Shown in pieces: positions 53,212 through 63,044 of a DNA stretch of 64,000 nt; position 1 is the first letter of the stretch, and every line of letters starts with the position of its first letter. Source of the stretch: Arenicellales bacterium. Its GTDB lineage: Bacteria; Pseudomonadota; Gammaproteobacteria; Arenicellales; CBDCFT01. Under the pieces are notes generated by a model that worked only from the letters and a program-made list of their open reading frames with translations, was not told the DNA's origin and ran no database searches. A program made the position numbers and the translations under genes. The stretch covers positions 3,009,208 to 3,073,207 of the forward strand of contig OZ244198.1 in NCBI GenBank assembly GCA_965216735.1, given 5' to 3'.

Positions 53212-54902
53212 AGCACACATTCTTCACTGGCCGAGAGTTTCCAAATGGCCCGCCACAGCAATCGATGATTATCGAACAGGGTTACGAATTCGATCTCACT
53301 GCGACCTCCTTTTGCCTTGACGATTTCAATCAATCCCCGTTTATTCTCAGCGCTCCACTGGGACAAGCCGGGTAACATCATCAGCATGGGACTCCAACGA
53401 TCCCACGCTATTCGTTGTGAGCGCGAGAGGCTGTTTAGCGAGGCAAGCCCTACTCGTTCTGCAAGCCGTTGAGCACAATCCCGGATGCCATGCTCCCGCT
53501 GGGCACCGTATTGACGTGCCAATAGACGAGAGCATGCAAGACCAATCCTGCCGGTATCGATCATGCTGACGGTATCTTCCCGGGGCTTATCGAGACTTAA
53601 AAACAGATTGTCGCGGGAAAGCTGCTTGAGTGTGGCAAGACCGGAGCGGTAGTTAGGTTTGATTTTCTTGCGTGCTAGCTCCTTTTTCATTGTTTCACGT
53701 ACCGAACCGCTACGGGGACGAAAACCGTGTTTGTAATAGAACCAGAAAGCTCCGGTTTTCAACGCCTCCGGGTTGTCTTCACCCAGCTGTTGCGTATTGA
53801 TAATGAATGTATCCGGCTTGAATAAATAGCGCACCATATTCAAGGTAGTCGAAAACACGTGGGAGGTTTCCATTCCCCGATATGTGTCAAATATATTGAA
53901 ATTGATCTCAGCGGATCGGAACAAAGCGCTCGCCTGCGTGTAACCGATGGGCACACCATTCTTTAGTATCAAAAATACATACATCGCTTCAAGAAACAAA
54001 CGTTGCACCGGCCGCAAGCCGTAGCACGCGAATTGCAACCCGCCGCCATAGTCCAATATATGTACGTCGTTGTGATCGGCATTCATAAACGCGAACAAGT
54101 CTCGACCACGGGTAATCATTTGTACCCTAGCGAGGTCAATGAGCCATTGCCCTTCACGGGGAGACACCACACGGTGCGACACCGGCTGGTAATGAAGTTC
54201 TCGAAAGTTGGAAACCGATGGACGCGTCGGTGTGCAATTCTGGAATATAGTATTGGAAACCCGATACTTTGAGTGCGTGCGCGAGGGCGTATCGACGCCA
54301 GGTGCAAGACATAATGGCACGTCAAGGTCTTCGTAGATTTTCTCGCGCGCATCTTGATTCACACCCCACTTCGTAAAACGTTGAATCAGAAAAACCGCGT
54401 CGGTTTCCTCCTGCCCTTTCAGCCTATCAATCCATTCCTTTGGCGAAAGGGTCACGCTTTCGATAGCCTGCGCCTCGCAGGGTGGCAACAGTAAGGGCAA
54501 CAGCTCTTCCAATTTGTCCTGGTTGTCGAACACCGCCCAATCGATAGTAATTGCGCCCGGCCAACGCTCGACCAACCAACGCGCGGTAAGCCAGTAGAAA
54601 GAATAATATATAGCGGTTCCAACGATGCCAGTGTCCGCTAATTCATCGCTGTGACGCACCAAGTCTTTGCGCCACCTAAAACCGGAGAGAATGTCTTCGG
54701 CTATTGCAAGCACTTCCGCATTATCTGGGTAGGCACGCATAAAGCACAGTAAGTCATGCAACCGTACAACGTCGGCAGCTTTGGACAATCTACTTTGTTC
54801 TAGTACACGCAGCAGGGCACACTTTTCGGCGGCCATGTCCGCGCCGAATGAAGCTCTCAAGCCTTGCGCACGGCGCAACGCAGATTCCGCACTCCTCGTC
54901 AT
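53196..54902 (-). CDS. Hypothetical 568-aa protein with GNAT-like C-terminal motifs
   Basis: Long ORF, ATGA overlap with upstream gene; NGVPIGY, DTYRG, AFWFYYKHGF. Confidence 0.75.
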   Translation of the reverse strand: MTRSAESALRRAQGLRASFGADMAAEKCALLRVLEQSRLSKAADVVRLHDLLCFMRAYPDNAEVLAIAEDILSGFRWRKDLVRHSDELADTGIVGTAIYYSFYWLTARWLVERWPGAITIDWAVFDNQDKLEELLPLLLPPCEAQAIESVTLSPKEWIDRLKGQEETDAVFLIQRFTKWGVNQDAREKIYEDLDVPLCLAPGVDTPSRTHSKYRVSNTIFQNCTPTRPSVSNFRELHYQPVSHRVVSPREGQWLIDLARVQMITRGRDLFAFMNADHNDVHILDYGGGLQFACYGLRPVQRLFLEAMYVFLILKNGVPIGYTQASALFRSAEINFNIFDTYRGMETSHVFSTTLNMVRYLFKPDTFIINTQQLGEDNPEALKTGAFWFYYKHGFRPRSGSVRETMKKELARKKIKPNYRSGLATLKQLSRDNLFLSLDKPREDTVSMIDTGRIGLACSRLLARQYGAQREHGIRDCAQRLAERVGLASLNSLSRSQRIAWDRWSPMLMMLPGLSQWSAENKRGLIEIVKAKGGRSEIEFVTLFDNHRLLWRAIWKLSASEECVLKRPA

Positions 54903-55465
54903 GACGGTCTGGTCTTAGATCGAATTCTCACCTTCGTACTGATAACGTGTGCCCGAATATCTGCCGAATTCAACGCAGCGGAAATATAGTCCAGGGCCCA
55001 AACGTAGCCGTCTCCAGGTTCTTCAAGAGTCATTCGCGGTATGCCATGTAAAACATAAACGCTGTGATTATCGATGGAAACCGGTACCGTTGCATCACAA
55101 TGCACCACAAACGATTTGTCAAAGGTCCTGCACAACATTTCATTGAGTAGACTAGACGACGGTAATGAAATGATCACCGAGTCATGTGCCAAAGCGCGAC
55201 GAATAACATCCTTCTGCGATGCGACGTCCTGGCTGGGCATACCACACAAAACCAGATCGAACATGCCCGCCGAGTCCGCGTCCCGGTAAAAAACCGGCGC
55301 ATCTAAGCATAAATCCTGTCCCCGCGTTTGTACTTTAACCCCGCCCTGCGACAACCGCTTCCGCAACGCATCGCCGGACGCAAAAATCGCTTCATTGCCA
55401 TCGAGACACAGTAGCGCCCCCACGCAAACAGCCTGCGGTTCATCGCCGACGACCAGCACCCGCAT
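54899..55465 (-). CDS. Ketopantoate-reductase-like N-terminal domain only, degenerate
   Basis: MRVLVVG...FDLVLCG Rossmann-like topology without GxGxxG and without the C-terminal domain. Confidence 0.55.
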   Translation of the reverse strand: MRVLVVGDEPQAVCVGALLCLDGNEAIFASGDALRKRLSQGGVKVQTRGQDLCLDAPVFYRDADSAGMFDLVLCGMPSQDVASQKDVIRRALAHDSVIISLPSSSLLNEMLCRTFDKSFVVHCDATVPVSIDNHSVYVLHGIPRMTLEEPGDGYVWALDYISAALNSADIRAHVISTKVRIRSKTRPS

Positions 55466-55470
55466 GTCGT

Positions 55471-55935
55471 TTACCCCGAAAAGATTAGTTCATTATCGAC
55501 AACACATTCGACGAAACGCTTGAAAAATCTCGCGGAAATACGATTCGCTGCCGCACTGATTATGCCAGGAGCGATATTACCTAAGGTTCCGCCTATCTGA
55601 AATTCACCAGTATAAGACAAAACCGTTCCGCACTCGACATCCACAAGTGTTACATCGGCAAAACCTTTAGCCGACTCCGCTAAGCCACTTTGCCCGATTC
55701 CCTGTAACGTATAATTTTCCGGTGGTTTCAAATTTTTTAACAGTAATTGCACGGCAAAACTGGATTTCATCGGGCCAATTCGAATGGTCATAGCAATAAT
55801 CCATTCTTCATTCGAAACTTTATGTACATTGTCACATCCACGGATACTTCGTTCTAATATCTCGGGGCTATTCATAGCCACCCAAACTCGCTGTTTTGGC
55901 GCAGGTATGAAGTGTTCGCCGCTAATTGGTATCAC
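55471..55935 (-). CDS. CoxG/SRPBCC-family protein
   Basis: IPAPKQRVW...PEILERSIRGC, IGPMK, GTVLSY. Confidence 0.85.
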   Translation of the reverse strand: MIPISGEHFIPAPKQRVWVAMNSPEILERSIRGCDNVHKVSNEEWIIAMTIRIGPMKSSFAVQLLLKNLKPPENYTLQGIGQSGLAESAKGFADVTLVDVECGTVLSYTGEFQIGGTLGNIAPGIISAAANRISARFFKRFVECVVDNELIFSG

Positions 55936-55956
55936 CGTTGCTCGCCGAGAAACGTG

Positions 55957-56271
55957 CTAATGTGATTCGGCTGCACGAACGTCATGCAACACTGTATTTA
56001 TTTCTCCTATATAGGCGAACAAAGCCTTATGCGTCTCAGGGTCGCGTTGTTTCAGACTTTCTGATGCTAATTTAAAATTATTGACTTGTGTATCATGATC
56101 CCGCAATAAATTTTTTAGCAGTTGAGATTCTTTGGCAGTTGGCTCGAGGTTGAATTTTTTCTTTTTCGTTTCGAGCGCAGTCAACAAATCGAAATGACGT
56201 TGTTTGGTCGTTTCCATCGCATTATAGGCTTGCCATGTTTCGGACGCGATGTACCGTTGCCGCTCATCCAA
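55957..56271 (-). CDS. Hypothetical helical protein
   Basis: 104-aa ORF tightly packed in the AOR-distal operon. Confidence 0.7.
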   Translation of the reverse strand: MDERQRYIASETWQAYNAMETTKQRHFDLLTALETKKKKFNLEPTAKESQLLKNLLRDHDTQVNNFKLASESLKQRDPETHKALFAYIGEINTVLHDVRAAESH

Positions 56272-56276
56272 AACGC

Positions 56277-56567
56277 TTATCCGCCTCCGCGACGAAAGTA
56301 AAGATTAAAACGGTGCATGAATGCATCAACTTCTTGCTGGCTAAACCCTTTGAAGACGAAATGCAAATTGGTGTACGGAACTTCCAATAGAGCAATCTTA
56401 CGCTTTTGCTCCGGACTAAGTTCAATTTCTACCCGGCGGTCATCATAGTCCATTGTAACGCGATTGCCATCGACACGATAAGGATGGTTTTCAATGGCGG
56501 CAGGCAGGGAACGGAAGAATTCGGTATGGGTTAGACCAAATTCTTTGGTAAAACCGTGGTCCTCCAT
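56277..56567 (-). CDS. Conserved hypothetical protein
   Basis: KEFGLTHTEFFRSLP...RFNLYFRRGGG; operon packing. Confidence 0.75.
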   Translation of the reverse strand: MEDHGFTKEFGLTHTEFFRSLPAAIENHPYRVDGNRVTMDYDDRRVEIELSPEQKRKIALLEVPYTNLHFVFKGFSQQEVDAFMHRFNLYFRRGGG

Positions 56568-56590
56568 AAGTGACCCGCAAATTTGCTTAG

Positions 56591-56730
56591 GTCATACCGG
56601 AAACGCCGTAGGCGTTATCCGTTATCCAGCAAGGCATTTTAAAACTCTGGATTCCATCCTTAAGTCCACCAAACACGTGCATCCATGCACTGGTATCTCT
56701 AGGTAAGCGCTATGCGCTTCCCGGAATGAC
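56591..56730. repeat. Palindromic intergenic element (REP/RPE-like)
   Basis: Termini GTCATACCGG / CCGGAATGAC, internal TCCAG...CTGGA and three short hairpins. Confidence 0.6.
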
Positions 56731-56775
56731 GCACGCATTGACTAGCAGGTGGTCAGACTTTGGATCACAAAGAGT

Positions 56776-57027
56776 TCACCCTCCGGCCACTGGCGGCCAA
56801 ATTGCCAGCGTATCACCTTCTTTTAGAATCGTCTTATCGCGATCCACGGAACATGCAAATATCCCGTTCACTAACACCAAATGCGCCAACTCACGCGGCA
56901 CGTGGTATTTATCAATAACGCCGTTGAGCGATGTGTTGTCGGGAACATCGATTTGCGCCGTGTTTTCGTGCGCCCCAGCAGGCAAATGTTCACTCAACGA
57001 GGCATATAACTTTAAGGTTATTTTCAT
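56776..57027 (-). CDS. MoaD/ThiS sulfur-carrier protein
   Basis: LKLYASL...LKEGDTLAIWPPVAGG C-terminal GG. Confidence 0.92.
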   Translation of the reverse strand: MKITLKLYASLSEHLPAGAHENTAQIDVPDNTSLNGVIDKYHVPRELAHLVLVNGIFACSVDRDKTILKEGDTLAIWPPVAGG

Positions 57028-57040
57028 ACGGCACTGATAA

Positions 57041-58285
57041 TTATGCGGCACCCTGAGTCACACTTAAATACGCTTCCATGATATTCAACGGATTGTCCAT
57101 TAACCTGTCTTTCCATTTGCCTAGATGACATTGTGTTTGAATTAATCCGCGCAGCACGCCAACGTGTTGAGTCAGACCTAAACTATTGGCACCCACCAAA
57201 ACATCGTCTTCGAATTGCAAATTTAAATAACGATAGTTGTCCGGATCATTCAGCTCCGCCGTATCGCCATCTTCGGCTCCCTCCCACAATCCGAAAGATG
57301 CGGAAATCAAACCCATGGTATCCAGCACATTCATGTTGACACTGCCTTGGTGAATGGATTCCTGTCCTTCCACCATGTTCACCGCGGCGATACGGCCGTG
57401 ATCAGCGGCGGTGGGTTGAATCGCTTGCACTGTGTACTCGCCAGTGGAAAAATCCTTACCCTGAGCAACATCACCGGCAGCAAAGATGTCCGGGTTACTG
57501 GTGCACATATGTTCATCAATCAAAATCCCGTGATCGATTTTGACATCGGTGTCTTTTAGTATATCCGTGTTCGACCGCACACCAGTCGCGCATATCACCA
57601 AATCGGCGGGAATAGTTTCACCGGATTCGAGCGCAACATCCAAAGGTGTGCCGCCGGAAATTCCTGTTACACGGGTCGATGTCAACACTCGGACATTTTT
57701 ACTCTCGCACCATTTTTTAATGAGACCGCCGGAATCTTCATTCATCATGCGCGGTACCATGCGGTTCTCCATTTCCACCACGGTGAGGTCGACCCCACGC
57801 GCGGCCAAGGCTTCAAGAATAATACAACCGATAAAACCCGCGCCCATGAGCACCACTTTAGAACCTGGTTTGGCTAGACCGGCAATGTTTCGCGCGTCTT
57901 CCAGCGTCCAACAACTATGAACGCCGGGCAAGTTCATACCCTCTATCGGCGGTTTGGTTGGATGCGAACCTGTAGCAACGAGCAATTTGTCATACTTCAT
58001 GTTCCCACCACCTGAGAGATTTAATGTCCTCGCAGTCGTGTCAACAGATTCAACACGCTCTTGCTCGATGTTAATACCATATTGCTTGTAAAAACCGTCG
58101 CGCTTGCGCAGGTAAGTGCCGGCCTCATCGATACTGTCGATCAGGTAATACGGAATCGCCATGCGTGAGTACGGTGGCTCCGGCTCGTCGCCGACAATGG
58201 TGACGTTTGATTGAGGGTCAAGTTTTCGTAACGTCTCCGCTGCAATAACACCGGCCGGACCGGCACCAATGATGACATGTTGCAT
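57041..58285 (-). CDS. FAD/NAD oxidoreductase (AorC-like subunit)
   Basis: GAGPAG, PYSR, ATGS, GAGFIG, IFAAGD. Confidence 0.9.
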   Translation of the reverse strand: MQHVIIGAGPAGVIAAETLRKLDPQSNVTIVGDEPEPPYSRMAIPYYLIDSIDEAGTYLRKRDGFYKQYGINIEQERVESVDTTARTLNLSGGGNMKYDKLLVATGSHPTKPPIEGMNLPGVHSCWTLEDARNIAGLAKPGSKVVLMGAGFIGCIILEALAARGVDLTVVEMENRMVPRMMNEDSGGLIKKWCESKNVRVLTSTRVTGISGGTPLDVALESGETIPADLVICATGVRSNTDILKDTDVKIDHGILIDEHMCTSNPDIFAAGDVAQGKDFSTGEYTVQAIQPTAADHGRIAAVNMVEGQESIHQGSVNMNVLDTMGLISASFGLWEGAEDGDTAELNDPDNYRYLNLQFEDDVLVGANSLGLTQHVGVLRGLIQTQCHLGKWKDRLMDNPLNIMEAYLSVTQGAA

Positions 58286-58368
58286 GTTTACCCTCCTAAA
58301 ATAAGCAGGGCAGTGCCAAGCACCGCCCCGAACTAAACACCTTAAGGTTGAAAATTAAACGTTATTGA

Positions 58369-60225
58369 TCAAGCGGGCAACCCGAGGCGTCGACGCGTCT
58401 CCGCCGTGATGGTGCCGTCGGCATTCCAGCCACGTTCTTCATAGTAAACCGGTAACATCTGATCTAGACCGCACACTTTACCTTCGGCCGGACCGGTATT
58501 AGCCGGATCCTTGGTTAAACGATCCGGTAACCTGTCTTCGGCACCGGAGATACCTGCCTTCATATTAAAGTCGCGCTCCAGATTCCAGATGCGCTCGCCG
58601 ACTTCCACCAATTTTTCCGGGGTCCATTCGCCTTCGCAAGCCGCATCAATCTGTGGTGCGATATTTTCTAATGTCCAGGCAAAAGTGGTAAATACGCACA
58701 GACCGGAGGAATCCACTGCCGCCGTTGCGTCTTGGAATGCTTTCACCAGACCCGGTTTACCTTCCGTTTCCAATGGATCGGTCTTCTCAGGTATACCCAA
58801 AATCTCCGACGCCACAGTGTAGCTGCGTAGATGACATGCACCGCGATTGGAAGTGGCATAGGTCAAACCCATGCCCTGAATACCACGCGGGTCGTACGCC
58901 GGGAATTCCTGTCCCTTCACCGTCATGGACAATTCCGGTCGACCGTATTTTTCACACAAACGTTTGGAACCAAGACCAAGTTCTTTACCAAAACCTTCAC
59001 CCGTAGCCACCGCTTCAGCCGCCCAAGTCAACGCCTCAGCAGAACCGAATTTCAATTCCACGCCACCGGTCTGTTCCGTAGTAATTGCGCCGTCTTCGAA
59101 CAATTCCATTGCCGCCGCGACGGTGGCACCGAATGAAATGGGATCCATGCCATCTTCATTACACAGAAAGTTAGCGTAGGTAAGTGCGTCGAGATCGTCC
59201 ACACCGGTATCGGATCCCAGAGCCCAAGCCGCTTCATACTCCAATCCACCTGAGTTACCCCAGTATTGCGGTTTGTTTTCGACTGTGAAATGACCCTTGT
59301 CCACCGTTGAAATCCGACCACACGCAATCGTGCAACCAAAACAAGCTGCATTGGTTGTCAAGTTTGGTTTGCCGTCACTCTTGCGTGGCTCGGCCATGGC
59401 TTCCGCAGAGATTTTGTGGGCGCCTTCGAACTGCACTTCACGCATATTACGTGTGGGCATGGCGCCGACTTCGTTAATAACGTTCATCAGCACTTGCGTA
59501 CCGAATGTCGGCAAGCCTTGTCCGGTAACCGCATTCTCTGCCAAGACTTGTTTTTGCGCCGCCGTCTCTTGAATAAACCGTTTCGGGTCTTTGACATTCC
59601 CGACGCCCTTGGTACCGCGCACCACCACGGCCTTTAAATTCTTCGATGCCATCACTGTGCCCACACCGGAACGTCCAGCCGCCCGATGCAAATCGTTGAT
59701 GACTGCCGAATACAAACATCCTGCCTCAGCGGCGCGACCCACGCATGAGATTCTAATCTGTGGGTCCTGATGTTTTGTATGCAAAATCTCGTCGGCTTCC
59801 CAAACGGATTTACCCCAGATGTCGTCCGCCGATAGCAGTTCTGCATTGTCATTGTTAACATACAAATAAACCGGCGATGGCGATTTGCCTTCAAAAATTA
59901 TCATGTCCCAACCGGCGCTTTTGATTTCTGCACCAATGAAGCCGCCGGAATTCGAACACGCCACTGCGCCGGTCAAAGGACTTTTACAAATGACCGAATA
60001 CCGGCCACCGGTTGACGCCATTGTTCCGGTCAACGGGCCGGTTGCCATGATGAGTTTATTATCTGGTCCCAATGCATCCGCTTTGGGATCAACTTCTTCT
60101 ACCAGATAACGGGTAGCCAAACCACGTTGACCTAGATACTGTTGTGCCCACTCCATGTTGAGTGGCTCGGATGTGACTTTACCTTCGGTTAAGTTAACGC
60201 GAAGAATTTTCTTTGCCCATGCCAT
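58369..60225 (-). CDS. Tungsten-type aldehyde:ferredoxin oxidoreductase catalytic subunit (AorB-like)
   Basis: KSPLTG, SNSGG, RAAGRSG, CFGCTIAC, EYE, YDPRG, RGACH; start at MAWAKK with GGAGG RBS. Confidence 0.93.
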   Translation of the reverse strand: MAWAKKILRVNLTEGKVTSEPLNMEWAQQYLGQRGLATRYLVEEVDPKADALGPDNKLIMATGPLTGTMASTGGRYSVICKSPLTGAVACSNSGGFIGAEIKSAGWDMIIFEGKSPSPVYLYVNNDNAELLSADDIWGKSVWEADEILHTKHQDPQIRISCVGRAAEAGCLYSAVINDLHRAAGRSGVGTVMASKNLKAVVVRGTKGVGNVKDPKRFIQETAAQKQVLAENAVTGQGLPTFGTQVLMNVINEVGAMPTRNMREVQFEGAHKISAEAMAEPRKSDGKPNLTTNAACFGCTIACGRISTVDKGHFTVENKPQYWGNSGGLEYEAAWALGSDTGVDDLDALTYANFLCNEDGMDPISFGATVAAAMELFEDGAITTEQTGGVELKFGSAEALTWAAEAVATGEGFGKELGLGSKRLCEKYGRPELSMTVKGQEFPAYDPRGIQGMGLTYATSNRGACHLRSYTVASEILGIPEKTDPLETEGKPGLVKAFQDATAAVDSSGLCVFTTFAWTLENIAPQIDAACEGEWTPEKLVEVGERIWNLERDFNMKAGISGAEDRLPDRLTKDPANTGPAEGKVCGLDQMLPVYYEERGWNADGTITAETRRRLGLPA

Positions 60226-60244
60226 AATGATTCCTCCTGTTCGT

Positions 60245-60718
60245 TTATGCGCGCGCAGCGTTGTCGGTTTTCTCGGCCCAGGCACGCATACGGTCCAAGC
60301 CGGTCGCATTGGCATCGAGATATGTGATCGCACCTGTGGGACAGGCTTGTGCGCATTGCGGGTCGCCGCCACATAGATCGCATTTGATCACCTTGCCGGT
60401 GTCGGCATTGTAGTTCACAGTGCCAAACGGGCACGCTATCGTGCACACTTTGCAACCGACGCACACATCCACCTTAACATCTTTCGAACCGGTTGCCGCA
60501 TTGATAACAATCGCGTCGACCGGACAGGCATGCATACACCAGGCTTCATCACATTGGGTGCAGGTATAGGGGACGAAACGACCTTCGTCATGAAAGGTAA
60601 AAACCTTGATGCGGGATTTAGACGGATTAAATACACCTTCGTTTTCGTAAGAGCAGGCCATTTCGCACTGCAAACACCCGGTGCATTTTCCGGGATCGAT
60701 GGTGAGGGACTTCAGCAT
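60245..60718 (-). CDS. Polyferredoxin 4x[4Fe-4S] subunit (AorA-like)
   Basis: CTGCLQCEMAC, CTQC..WCMHACP, CVGCKVCTIACP, CDLC...CAQACP. Confidence 0.92.
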   Translation of the reverse strand: MLKSLTIDPGKCTGCLQCEMACSYENEGVFNPSKSRIKVFTFHDEGRFVPYTCTQCDEAWCMHACPVDAIVINAATGSKDVKVDVCVGCKVCTIACPFGTVNYNADTGKVIKCDLCGGDPQCAQACPTGAITYLDANATGLDRMRAWAEKTDNAARA

Positions 60719-60911
60719 TCGCTTTCCTCCAGATTCGGATTATTAAATTGATTTTTTCGCCACCATTTCTGGTGCGTTTGGCTCCGCCCGACCGTTTAAA
60801 ACCGACGCGGTATAAACAACTTTTTAACATTATTAGACTCGAGTGACAACTACCCCCCAGAATTCTATCCGCCATTTGTAACTACCCTCGTGTTAAAGGT
60901 TTCCGTCCCAT

Positions 60912-61721
60912 TTATGACCCAACCATCGAACCTCTAATCACCTTTTTAGAATAAATCAACGATAACGCGAACAAACCCGTAGCTACTGCGACGATAGACG
61001 GGCCGGCGGGCGTATCCCATTGCAACGATGCCCATAGTCCTATGAATACGGCGATTGCACCCGCAAGCGCCGCGCCGATGGCCATTTGCTCCGGTGTCGA
61101 ACTGAAGCTACGCGCGATGGCAGCGGGGATGATCAACATGGAAACGATCAACAACAACCCGACTATTTGCATGGCAACAGCGATCACAGTGCTCACCAGC
61201 AATAAAAACAACAATTGCACTTTTTCCACTGCCACACCATCAACACGGGCAAGCTCTTCGTGAGCCGTTATCGACAACAGCACGCGCCAAAAGAAAATCA
61301 ACAGCACAAGACAGACCAAGGCGCCGGCGAATATCCAAATTACATCGGAACTGGAAACAGCCAAAATATCGCCAAATAAATAAGTCAACAAATCAACACG
61401 CACCGAATCCACAGACGACAACACGATCAAACCCAAAGCTAACGATCCGTGGGCGGCAATGCCGAGCAAAGTATCGTTGGATAGACGTTGGGTTTTTTGT
61501 AAAGAAAACAGTGCAAGCGAAACCAACACAGCTATCAGTAAGATACCGAGCTGCAAACTAATATCCAATAAAAACCCTAACGCGACTCCCAGCAAGGCGG
61601 CATGGGAAAGCGTCGCTCCAAAATATGCCATGCGGCGCCACACGACGAAGCAACCCAACGGCCCCGCAATGCTCGCGATTCCTAGACCGGCGGCAAGCGC
61701 ACGAATCAGAAATTCATCCAT
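60912..61721 (-). CDS. znuB: Zinc ABC permease
   Basis: GPLGCFVVWRRMAYFG, YLFGDILAV, DTPAGPSIV. Confidence 0.95.
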   Translation of the reverse strand: MDEFLIRALAAGLGIASIAGPLGCFVVWRRMAYFGATLSHAALLGVALGFLLDISLQLGILLIAVLVSLALFSLQKTQRLSNDTLLGIAAHGSLALGLIVLSSVDSVRVDLLTYLFGDILAVSSSDVIWIFAGALVCLVLLIFFWRVLLSITAHEELARVDGVAVEKVQLLFLLLVSTVIAVAMQIVGLLLIVSMLIIPAAIARSFSSTPEQMAIGAALAGAIAVFIGLWASLQWDTPAGPSIVAVATGLFALSLIYSKKVIRGSMVGS

Positions 61722-62484
61722 GATGAGTATGTTCCGCCAAATCCTGATTCACGTTGCCAGCTAAATCATGCGTGTGATCATGATGATGAGTGTAGACCGC
61801 TAACTGATCTTGCAGGCGTGACCCAAACAGCGTGAGGTATTCTGGATGCTGACTCACCGCATCTGGACGACCATCGCAACAGACATGGTGGTTCAAACAG
61901 ATGACACGATCCGTCGCTGCCATCACTAAATGCAAATCGTGTGATACCAACAATACACCACAATCCAACTCATCACGCAGCGACTTGATCAAATCGTACA
62001 GTTCCGATTGACCCACTACATCTACACCGGCACTGGGTTCGTCCAACACCAACAAGTCCGGATCTTGCAGTAATGCACGTGCGAGTAACACGCGTTTTAA
62101 TTCTCCACCGGACAGACTTTGTACCGGTGATTTCAATACATGATTCGCGCCGACCTGCGTTAACATGGCTTCAAATCGGTGTGTCTGACCACGTGCGCCC
62201 AAATCCAAAAACCGCTCCACTGTCAAGGGCAATGTTTCATCGATATGCAGACGCTGTGGCATGTATCCGATGCGGATATGTTTGGCTAGCCAGACTTTTC
62301 CCGAGCCCGGCGCCACCAAACCCAACGCCACTCGAACCAGTGTTGTCTTGCCACAACCATTCGGTCCAATGAGCGTTACGATCTCGCCCGCCTGCACCTT
62401 GAGATTGACTTTGTCCAACACCGCATGCCCGCCGTGCCAAACGGAAACCCCGTTCACTTCAACCAGGGTATTGGAATCATTCAC
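61714..62484 (-). CDS. znuC: Zinc ABC ATPase
   Basis: GPNGCGKTT, LSGGE, CLNHHVCC, YTHHHDHTH. Confidence 0.95.
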   Translation of the reverse strand: MNDSNTLVEVNGVSVWHGGHAVLDKVNLKVQAGEIVTLIGPNGCGKTTLVRVALGLVAPGSGKVWLAKHIRIGYMPQRLHIDETLPLTVERFLDLGARGQTHRFEAMLTQVGANHVLKSPVQSLSGGELKRVLLARALLQDPDLLVLDEPSAGVDVVGQSELYDLIKSLRDELDCGVLLVSHDLHLVMAATDRVICLNHHVCCDGRPDAVSQHPEYLTLFGSRLQDQLAVYTHHHDHTHDLAGNVNQDLAEHTHHG

Positions 62485-62508
62485 TCGATTGTCGATTCAT
62501 TTGTGCTG

Positions 62509-62997
62509 TTACGCCGAATCGCAATGCGTACAAACACCTTGTAATTCGATAGTCTGGTGCTGTACTCGGAACCCGGCTTGCTTCGCTTTTTTTGTCATCA
62601 GCTGATTGATTTCCGTATCGCCCAGCTCCACCACCGACTTGCATCGATCGCAGATGAGAAATTGACCGGCATGATTCTTCACCGGGTCACTACAACCGAT
62701 ATACGCGTTCAACGATTCGATTCGATGAATCAAACCGTGTTCCAGTAAAAAATCCAGCGCCCTGTAAACCGTCGGTGGCGCCGCACGACGATTCTCACTG
62801 CGCAACTGTTCCAATAAGTCATAGGCCAACATGGGTTGGTGCCGCGCCCAAATCATCTCCAGTACCTGTTTACGCAACGGTGTCAAACGCGCCCCTCGCC
62901 TGGTGCATACCGCATCGGCTGCAGCCAGAGCCGAAGCCACACATCGGGCATGATTGTGTTTTTGAGTTTTAAATAACGACGATGATCTGGTGGGCAT
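62509..62997 (-). CDS. zur: Zinc uptake regulator (Fur family)
   Basis: RLTPLR, PPTVYRALDFL, HRIESLNAY, CxxC pairs; adjacent to znu. Confidence 0.93.
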   Translation of the reverse strand: MPTRSSSLFKTQKHNHARCVASALAAADAVCTRRGARLTPLRKQVLEMIWARHQPMLAYDLLEQLRSENRRAAPPTVYRALDFLLEHGLIHRIESLNAYIGCSDPVKNHAGQFLICDRCKSVVELGDTEINQLMTKKAKQAGFRVQHQTIELQGVCTHCDSA

Positions 62998-63015
62998 TAG
63001 AGTTGCGCTCGTGAT

Positions 63016-63037
63016 TCATGTAATAATATAACATTAC
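63016..63037. promoter_or_regulatory. Zur box between divergent zur-znuCB and znuA
   Basis: ATGTAATATAATAACAT palindrome resembling TGTTATAATATAACA. Confidence 0.8.
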
Positions 63038-63044
63038 GTTTAAC

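Noticed and set aside
58369-60372. 667-aa version of AOR
   Set aside because: Extension overlaps the upstream ferredoxin gene; RBS supports start at 60225
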